From a virus, in IMG/VR virus record IMGVR_UViG_3300020048_000012: a stretch of DNA of 64,000 nucleotides; one strand, written 5' to 3'. Positions 55,463 through 64,000 of this stretch are shown one piece after another. Positions within the stretch are counted from its first letter, which is position 1, and the number at the start of each line of letters is the position of its first letter. Below the pieces are notes generated by a model. That model had not been told where the DNA came from. It saw only the letters and a program-made list of their open reading frames with translations, and did not search any database. Both the position numbers and the translations under genes were made by a program.

Positions 55463-55513
55463 GAACAATGACGTACGTCACTATTGGTGCTCTAAGTTGT
55501 TGATTTATATAGG
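55463..55513. repeat. promoter-upstream module copy 7
   Basis: gaacaatgacgtacgtcactattggtgctctaagttgttgatttatatagg. Confidence 0.9.
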
Positions 55514-56928
55514 GCTCTTTTATCACCAAGAGCCTTGAATAGTTCCTCAATCTCATTTGCGGCTTCTTCGAGAAGGTCTGCGATACGGTCTGGTTGACCC
55601 TCTTGAACACTTTTACGTGTCAAAATCTGCCTACGTATCTCGGCTCGTTTGCGCAAGCGGTAAATCAGTGTGTGTTCAGTCAAATCACCTATCACTTTAG
55701 CAAGACGTTCATCGAAAGTGCCCGTCAGAATTTCGTAATCGGCGCCGGAATTATCGAGGTGATCGATGTAAAATTCATGACCTTTTTGACGAAATGTTTC
55801 ATCTTGTCGAGTTCCATCTTGCACCATCGGAAAATCTGGAGCGCATACGTAGACTTTATGGTATCGATAATCACTATCATAGACCATATTCAACAATGAA
55901 GTCGAAACTCGATCAAATAATTCCCGACTATAAAACAGTGTAGTCAAAGGAGATGTGTCGCAAAACAAATATTGATCAAATGATAAACGATTTACATGAC
56001 TATCTTCAAGTTCCAATTGAGTCTTAGCGATGTATTCCATATCCTCATACATCAATTTTTGATTACGGTTATCATAATGAGTACGACCAAACTCGAATGC
56101 TGCCGCAGAGTTAAAGTGTTTGAACAAGGCTGCGACTAATGTCGATTTACCGGTAGACTCACCGCCAAGAAATAAAATTTTACGAACAAATGACGCAATA
56201 ACAATTGGCGACATATATTTTTCAACAAGTGAACGATCACCAGATGATAAAGCTTTACGCAATTGTGTTCCAGATATCGAGAATTTTTCTCTGGCACTAT
56301 CAACCATTACATGATCAACCACAATTTGTTGTTTTGGAAAAGCATTAGAAAAATAATTTGTCAGATACTCAGCGAATCCTTCGCCATATGGTTCAGAAGT
56401 AAACACAGCTTGTACTGTAGTTTCCAATGAATCTAATAGAAAGTTAGCGCAATACTGACGGTGAATTTTATCACTAGCATTGTCTTGCAAATATACATCT
56501 GCATCATCGATTACGTGAATGCTTAGACGATCCTGATCACACTCAATGTGTTTTAACCACTTTCTACGGTTTTCTGCATCACACCCTTCAAAAGATTCGG
56601 ATGTATATGACAGGACAATAACCTTTTCACATTGTTCTAGTGCTGTCTTGATGAGATATTCGTGTCCTTTATGCAATGGGCAAAACTTACCAACTACAAA
56701 TCCTGTGACATATTTCTTAGCGCTTTCATGCGCATTAAACCATTCTTGCATAGCTTGAAAAGCTTTTTCTCGATTGCCATACTGACTACGTTCTGTAGTG
56801 CTCGCAAAGATTTTTCCTGTAGGAATGTGGGTGATCCTAATACCACTACTATTAATTGGTGCAAAACCACCCATTTGCACACAAATCACGTCTACTCTAA
56901 TATCTTTTGGGCTTAGTGTGTTTTTCAT
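55492..56928 (-). CDS. nadR: NadR-like NMN adenylyltransferase / ribosylnicotinamide kinase with extra N- and C-terminal domains
   Basis: VGKFCPLHKGH (HxGH), GGESTGKST, FCDTSPLTT, VQDGTR; start at ATG overlapping pnuC stop. Confidence 0.9.
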   Translation of the reverse strand: MKNTLSPKDIRVDVICVQMGGFAPINSSGIRITHIPTGKIFASTTERSQYGNREKAFQAMQEWFNAHESAKKYVTGFVVGKFCPLHKGHEYLIKTALEQCEKVIVLSYTSESFEGCDAENRRKWLKHIECDQDRLSIHVIDDADVYLQDNASDKIHRQYCANFLLDSLETTVQAVFTSEPYGEGFAEYLTNYFSNAFPKQQIVVDHVMVDSAREKFSISGTQLRKALSSGDRSLVEKYMSPIVIASFVRKILFLGGESTGKSTLVAALFKHFNSAAAFEFGRTHYDNRNQKLMYEDMEYIAKTQLELEDSHVNRLSFDQYLFCDTSPLTTLFYSRELFDRVSTSLLNMVYDSDYRYHKVYVCAPDFPMVQDGTRQDETFRQKGHEFYIDHLDNSGADYEILTGTFDERLAKVIGDLTEHTLIYRLRKRAEIRRQILTRKSVQEGQPDRIADLLEEAANEIEELFKALGDKRALYKSTT

Positions 56929-57506
56929 TTTTGTTCCTTTATCAATTTCTTCCAATGGAAATATGAATACACCGCATTAACCCAGAATGCTCCATACATA
57001 ATGCTAGTAAGATACAGTTCGCGAGACCAAAACAATGGAACTGACATCGTATTTACAAATACCCACACTTTCCACGTTTGAATAGATCGGCCCATTAGCA
57101 ATAGTTGTGCTACCACAGAGAATGCAAGTACAGCAGAATCTATCCATGGAGCATATGCATCAGTAAACGTGCGAAGGATCATGCCATACATCACGGTCAC
57201 TGCCACTGCTGCAATCATTGCAAAAGCCATCCAAAAAGGTGTTGCTTTATTGATTAGGGTTTCTTTTGCATCGGGCGTTTTGAAAAAATCCACGCCTTTC
57301 CATTTCATCCAACCAATAACACCAGTGACAAAGAAGAAGATTTGCAGTGTAGCGTCAGCATAAAGCTGAACTTTGTAAAACATGACACCGTAGAGCGCGC
57401 AACCAACAAGACCTGTCCACCAAGTGTGAATAGAATTTCTGCCTGCAAGGAAAATACAAACAACGGTGAAGAAGTTTGCAGCAAGTTCAAGAGGTGTCCA
57501 AGTCAT
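56925..57506 (-). CDS. pnuC: nicotinamide riboside transporter PnuC
   Basis: AGRNSIHTWWTG, LYADATLQ, PWIDSAV, AQLLL...W..W..VN. Confidence 0.92.
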   Translation of the reverse strand: MTWTPLELAANFFTVVCIFLAGRNSIHTWWTGLVGCALYGVMFYKVQLYADATLQIFFFVTGVIGWMKWKGVDFFKTPDAKETLINKATPFWMAFAMIAAVAVTVMYGMILRTFTDAYAPWIDSAVLAFSVVAQLLLMGRSIQTWKVWVFVNTMSVPLFWSRELYLTSIMYGAFWVNAVYSYFHWKKLIKEQK

Positions 57507-57534
57507 AATATATTCCTTTGATGTGATAGATTAA

Positions 57535-60500
57535 TTATACCATAAAATCTAATTGATGTACACCACTTTTAAACGGCTTAATGAGCGCATCGTATACTTT
57601 TTTAGCATCTTCGGCGGTATCAAAATTGGCATTCATACATTCACGTCGTTCATCGTGTCCGTGTTTGAGAATAATTTGCACAAAACTAAATGATAAATCA
57701 CTTCCGGCAAATCCACCAGCACCAGAATTATTCACTGGCTGCGCACATTTTACATCATTAATGGTGATTGTTTTCGGTGCAATACGATATTCATATTGAT
57801 ATCGGCCTGCGTTCATATTAGCAAAGAATAAATTGGGTTGACATGTATACCACGCACGATAACACTCTTGTTCTGTCGTGTCACGAAGTTCAATAGTCTC
57901 ACCTTCTGCGATTGCGATCAAAATTGTTGCATATGGATGTTTATTCATTTTGTTTCTCCAAGTTGTGCAGCGCATAACACAATAGCGCGGCGAGTGGCTG
58001 CATCACAGTCTCCACTATATAATTGCTGTGATTTTGTAGTCGATCCATCTTTACTCACTGTCCATACTTCACAACCATAGTTGTATGTACCACTAAAATC
58101 TTTGTCGTAATCGATTTCAATTAGAGCGTCTGATTCGATTGATAATTTAAGTTTAATGGCTAGTCTCAGCGCGGCACCGTCATCGTCTGCTGGTTGCCAG
58201 TAAAACCGAACACCTAGTAGGTCATCATAGACATACGCGCAAGTGTCCGATTCAAAATGACAGATGCGGTAACCAACCGCCTTCGCTGCTAGTTCCAATA
58301 GTTCACGATCTGTTTTCATACTTTCCTGTTCCAAGACACATTTCACAATCCCACGTTCCACCCGTAAATTGACCACCTAGTTCGCCCGCGCCCTCGCAAA
58401 CAGGACATATTCCTTGATCATACCAGACTATATCACGTTTTTCTTTTGCTTCTTTATCTGCCAACAATTGCTTTGCCATTTTATCGACAGACTCTTGAAA
58501 TGTCAATGGCTTCTTAGGTCGAAGTTGCTCAAGCTCTCTTAGTTGTGTTTCAATGATATTCTGATAATCATTAATATCATTACTAAGAGATTGTGTATCA
58601 GTCTCATATTTTATAATGAGTTGATCAATAATATCTGCAGCCTCAATTCTATCGCCTGACGTATAATCTCTTAGGTTTCTAGAAGCATATCTAGCGCGTT
58701 GAATAATGTTCATGATTGCTTTCTTGCTGCCAACATTGCTAGAAAGACAGCTTTCCACGTATTCGGCGTCCCTCTTTTATACAAATCCTCAATTGATTCT
58801 GCGGCCTCGATCATCTCTGGTGTAACATCCTTATATCCTATGCGCATGCACTGTGTGCATGCTTGCACTGGTGCTTCATCTGGATCGTCAAGTGCACTAG
58901 CAAGTTTGTGCATCTTTTCAATATCAGCGTCTGTCCATGGTGGCACTGAATGTGAGTCTGTAGTGTCAAAATTCATCAGCGATAGTTGATGGCGCACAGA
59001 TGAATCCTCGGAGTAACCAGCTTGCTCCAAAAGTGAATCAACAGAGTCTCGAATTTTTTTATTCCAGTCATTATTTGCTGGTTGTACACCAGATTCTAAA
59101 TAGAGCCGTTCAGTCTTAAATCCTTCGGCTTCATATTCTAACAATGCTGGCAATGTACTGACAATAATCGATCGCGTTTTGTTGTCGGCCTTACTAAGAA
59201 TAAATCCTGCAACAGGATCTTGGCTTTTCTTGATACTGTCATGTTCTGTATTTTTAAGTGTACTCATGATTATTCCTTAATGTTGTGAGCGGCTTCTACA
59301 AAATCTTTTATTAGTTTTGCACTCCGCAATAACCTCATTATAGCATGTCTTTGAGTTGAACCGCCTACAAAAGTTGTCAGACCTACAAGTTCTTGGGATC
59401 CAGTTCGCAGAAGTAATTCCAAAAACTTATCATCGGTTAGTGGCTTGCGCTCTTGTGCTTGCACTGGTGCTGCGTACACTGGCGTGATTGACTTGCAGTT
59501 GTCTGTGTAGACACTCTTGGTGTCTTTGTGGAACTGAAACTGGAATGGCCCTTGACAGTTGTGCTCTGACACATAACCGAACGGCTCCTGCTTCGGTGCT
59601 GGCTGTGCCTCTGCCTCTTGGATCGCAGTGTCAAGGTTTTCAATAGCCTTGGTGCACGTCTTCACCAAACCTTCTCGGCCTTCACGACCCTCCACACGCG
59701 AAATAGTTTCAAATGTTTTACGGGCCTGCTTCATTGCTGTGATGCTCATGCTATATCGTCCTCGGTGATTTTCATCTCCTGCACGTTGAGTACTTTCCAA
59801 TAGCGGATAGTCACATGCTTCTTTGCCCATGCAGTAATCAACTCGCCAAGCTCCATCTTCTCGGCTTCGGTAACGTCAGTAAAACAGTTGTCGTAAACCT
59901 CACCAATTTCTTCATGGGCGCGTTCATCGCACTGCTCCAAAAACGAGTCAACATCAATGCAGTCAGCATGAGTCATCTCTTTCTTTTCACCGCGCCAATA
60001 GGTCGCCCCAATCGGATTTTCAAGGTCGAGGTAGTCAATCACATCACCAATGGTTTCGTGATTGAACATTTCTTCATCGGTGCTGTAGCAGTATTCAATT
60101 TCTTTGGTTGTCATTTCAACTCCTGTATTGCGGTGATGGCTGCTTTGGCTAGTTGCACTACCGGTATTTCCTTATCGCCTACATGCTCAGGAAAATCCTT
60201 GTGCCATTCGAGATACATAGATATGGTTTCCGTAAAAGCCTCCAGAGCCTGCTCAAGCACCTTGCGCTGCTCGTCTACCTTTGAGTTTGCGCTTTGCCAT
60301 CCTTTGAGGTTTGCTGAGGCCTTTGTTGTCATTAGCCGCAATCCAGCATTCAGCCTTTCAATCTCCGCATCACGCTCTGCGAGTGCTGTGCGGAGCTCGT
60401 TGATCTCTGCTTGCATTGCCGCTTCTTTTGTGCGTGCTGCTCCACGTATGTAACCATCGGGGTCGTAACGATCTTCCCACGTCTTAATCATGATTTTTCT

Positions 60501-61530
60501 CCAGTGCAGCACGGGCTTCACGCACCGGGCATGGTCCATCTTCACAGTCTTCATGCTCTGCGTGCTGGGTGTCTTCCAACAGGTTTTTGAGGGCATCCCG
60601 CAGCTTCGCGTTCTCTGCGATCAGCGATTCAATCGCCTCTGCACACCCACGGTTCAAATAGCTCTCGCATCCCTTTTGATTGTCGTACTTGGGGTTGATG
60701 CGGCTGCGAAGATCGGCGGCTAGTTCTTTGGGGGTCATTCCGTTAATCTCCGTCATAGCAGCCACAATCCATCAACTCCGGGTACTGGTTGCGTTTTTCT
60801 CGTCAGTACTTGCCCGCCACAGTAATCACCACTGGGGTTGAGTGGGCCGTGACTATGAGTACACTCACCTTTGTGCAAATATATGCAAACCCGACAAGCT
60901 GACTCAGGTACTAGCATTGGCTGTGAGCCTGCTTGCACTGGTGCTGCTGAAAGCGCTGCTTTGTAAACACTCTTCATAGTGATACTGCCTTCCAAATATA
61001 TCCATTACCGTTAGGGTTGCGCTTCTTGAAGACATAGCATAGATAATCAAACACGGTCCGGTCGCGGTTGAATTTGTGCTTACGTTGTCGCTGGGTCATA
61101 GTGATGCTCCATTGATGCCGTGGGCGGCTTCGGTGGCACGGGCGGCTTTTCGCATGGACTTGCTATCCACAGGGCAGTACGGATTGTTTGTACTGAACGT
61201 CTTTTCGCGCAACTTTTCAATCTGCTCATCCGTCAGCGGCTTGCGCTCTTGTGCTTGCACTGGTGCTACTCGTAGTGACATAAATGGCCCTTCAATCTCC
61301 CACTTGTTTCCCTCGTGCATATCTTCAAAACCGTAGGCATAACCTTGCTTATCAAGCCTGGAAAGTCGCTCCGCATCAGCCTTGGCCGCATCACGCTCTG
61401 CCGTCATTGCCTGCAGCGACGCGGTGAGGTGTTGTGTCTCATCGGCTGCGTATTGGCGCATTTGGGTGTCGGTGTAGCCCAAAGTGCCAAGCTGTGTCAT
61501 AAACATTGGATTTGGTAGTGGTGTTGTCAT
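57535..61530 (-). other. cluster of hypothetical ORFs resembling temperate-phage early genes (57535-57948, 57945-58319, 58303-58713, 58710-59267, 59270-59749, 59746-60114, 60111-60491, 60484-60765, 60753-60977, 61096-61530)
   Basis: ORF track; visibly more G+C than flanks; shared APVQA repeat. Confidence 0.6.
58861..61267. repeat. four copies of GCTTGCACTGGTGCT (58861, 59457, 60931, 61253); two share 30 nt
   Basis: ggcttgcgctcttgtgcttgcactggtgct at 59442-59471 and 61238-61267. Confidence 0.85.
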
Positions 61531-63977
61531 TTCATTTCCTTTTCATCAAAATCATCGAACACAATTTTAGCTTTAACCACTTGAATCTTGCCACTACGAC
61601 AATACGCTTTCCAAATATCGCCCGATTCTTCACCTTCACCGGTTAACGTAAATAATGTGCCAATATGGTTTTTAGAAAGAGTTCTCATATCTTTTGCCCA
61701 ATCATACCATTTTGCATCATAAATCATAAGATCTTCATCGAAACTGTAACTAGAAATTTCCGATAGTTCCTTTGCAAGTTCTTCGTTATCCAGTGTGTGA
61801 TTATCGTGATCAAGACTATAGTCAGTGCAATATCCCATAATTATTCCTTAGTGTGTTCAGTATCTTCTAGATGTTTAAGCTCATTGTATTCCTTATAGGT
61901 CAATGGCGGGTGGCCCTGTGCTTCTCGTCGTAGGTAGCACTCTGGGCACTCGTGGTGCTGGCAAGTGCATGCTTCTGTATACCACCCCGAGGTTGTTGTG
62001 TCTAAGCTCATGAGCGTCTTGCCTTTTGTTTTGCTTTCTTAGACGCCTTTTGTTTTTCTCGTCGTTTAGTCTTTCCATTCTTTGGACCAGAACTACGAGG
62101 ACTATAATCACTGTAGTCACGCCGAGGGGCCAAACTCATAGATGCAGCAACAGCCGCAGCAATCATTAACGTCGATTTCTCAGTCATTATTTGACTCCTT
62201 TAAACAAGACGAAAAGCGACAGCACTAAGACCGATCGCCAACATCACAGGAATGAATTTAAAAACCAATCCTGAGCTGATGGTGTTAGTGTTGACGATAC
62301 ACGCCATAAGCAATGAATAAACAGCAGGGAGAAGAATAAGAATGGTATGAGTGTCGAATTGCATGCTAGATCCTTTTGATTTGATAAATCTATTATACCA
62401 TAAAATCTAATTAATGTACACCGTTATTTTACATCTAATGTGAATGGCGCGCTCAAGAAAACACCGTACCACCCACCAAGTACTGCTGCATTGAAAGCAA
62501 GATTCAACAATTTATCACCAACTGTGTTTGGTACACCTCCGATATTATATTTCCCTAATGTATTAAAAGAAATAAGTGCTGATGCTGCAGTAAAATACAG
62601 CATAATTACAACATAAACTATCCATCCAAATACCGCCATCATTTGCAACGCTCCATTAAATCTTTATGACGTTTATCGACTTCTTTCATGTGATCATCTA
62701 ACTTCTTCTGAGAGACATTACGATCCATCTTTGCGGATTGCCAGTTATCCCACAGTTCTAGTGCAGTAGATCCTTTTGAAAGAACTAACCCTTTGTATAA
62801 TACTTGTTTCATTCTTTTAACTCCACAGTTTCATTTCGAAATACCAATTCGCATTTAGGATTTCCTTCAACATCAGTTTTCCAGTAAATGTCGCACAACA
62901 TTTTACCAGTTTTCTTTTCTACAACTTCCTTCAACAGGGCAAAAATTTGAGCAGCGTCTAAATTAGCCGATACGTTATAATCAATTTTCATTCGTTAACT
63001 CCAAAATGTTTCTTAATCAATGCTTGTGCAGTGTCAATAGTTTGAGCACTTATTTCTCGACCGGCAATAGCATCAAGGCGACGCATTTCTGTCTGCAACG
63101 TCTTGACGCATTCCAAAACAATCAACTCGGCGAACTTTTCTCTATCAAACATTGGTCCAGTAACAGTCCATTTTGGGTCTATGCATTGACTCTCAAGTTC
63201 TTCAATCCTTTCATTCATTCGTTAACTCCAAAATGTTCTATAATATCCGATTCGATCATTGAGCATGTTTCATCTACATTCCATTCATCATCCATAGCAA
63301 TGTTATTTTTCTCTGCAATGATGACTATACATTCCTTAATAATCAACTCAGTTAACTTTTCCGAATAAACTTCCATAAAAGATGATAGTGCATTGGGAGT
63401 ACCTACTCCTGCATTATTGTACGCTTTAAAAGCAAGTTCTTTAATTCGTGTGTTCATTACATATAATCCTGTGGAGTGTCGAGTGGATCTGGGTATTTTG
63501 GTTGTGTATCTAACCACTGAAAGAATTTTATCAGACAATATACACCAACAATAAACTGAATCATTTCAATAAGCACTGTTTACTCCTTGAAATGTTCTAT
63601 CACTGCTTTGGCAACATCTTGGTAGGTGTTTTGTGGTAGATTATTGGCCACTATCTGCATCGTTTCTTTTACAATCAACTCGGTGAACTTTTTCATCTCA
63701 GGAGTCAAATATTCTACACGTAACGGTCCACAATTTGACGATGGTACATATCGGTGTCCAGCCTGTTTAGCAAGTTCTTCAATTCGTTCGTTCATTATAA
63801 GTCCTTATCTGCTATATGTTTGTATTTACTTGAATTCCAGAAGTTCTTTGCAATGTGCTTGAACTTTATTATAAGGCATATCAGAATACTTTGCCACGCA
63901 TTTAGCTTGATACTCAGTGCTAGAATCTGCGAGTCCACCAGCATAACCGCAAAAGCCACACACAAATATAATAACAA
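61527..63977 (-). other. cluster of small hypothetical ORFs (61527-61838, 62424-62648, 62809-62991, 62988-63218, 63215-63538, 63580-63795)
   Basis: ORF track, co-oriented. Confidence 0.55.
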
Positions 63978-64000
63978 TACTAAGAATAAAGTTAATCATA

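Larger units (their letters stand above)
9263..62420 (-). promoter_or_regulatory. family of about 27 near-identical early promoters GTGTACA-N17-TATAAT
   Basis: -10 boxes begin at plus-strand 9263,10917,14924,16687,19984,21158,21595,24802,30301,30496,33070,34121,34554,37178,39204,42443,43744,46012,46810,48937,49319,50460,53307,55369,57534,62392 (plus a TTGCAA variant at 40045); 17-nt spacer; consensus AAATAACGGTGTACATTAATTAGATTTTGTGGTATAAT. Confidence 0.9.

Overview
64 kb segment of a large T4-like (Tevenvirus-type core genes) lytic phage genome, almost entirely coded on the minus strand. It carries replication and repair genes (gp32, gp59, gp33, gp39/gp52 topoisomerase II, DNA ligase, RNase H, DexA, DsbA, DenV-like) and auxiliary genes (PhoH, ClpP-like, M15 endolysin, SleB-like hydrolase, RNA ligase, HD hydrolase, NadR/PnuC, 2OG oxygenase, FkbO/Hyg5-like protein). 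An 11 kb array holds about 38 tRNA genes covering all 20 amino acids, interspersed with structured non-coding modules. There is also a circularly permuted tmRNA, four late-promoter-driven free-standing endonuclease genes, and a long run of small early genes behind about 27 near-identical early promoters. The most striking unexplained structures are: (1) a coiled-coil protein gene followed by a 320-nt stem-closed RNA containing about 11 tandem 7-nt repeats; (2) two endonuclease genes that have split an RNA gene (tmRNA, tRNA-Glu) and carry a diverged replacement for it; (3) a family of inverted-repeat-bounded RNA cassettes and atypical tRNA-like RNAs in the tRNA array; (4) a dispersed ~140-bp promoter module with a TGACGTACGTCA palindrome. 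All calls are by eye and from recalled family motifs; no database search was run.
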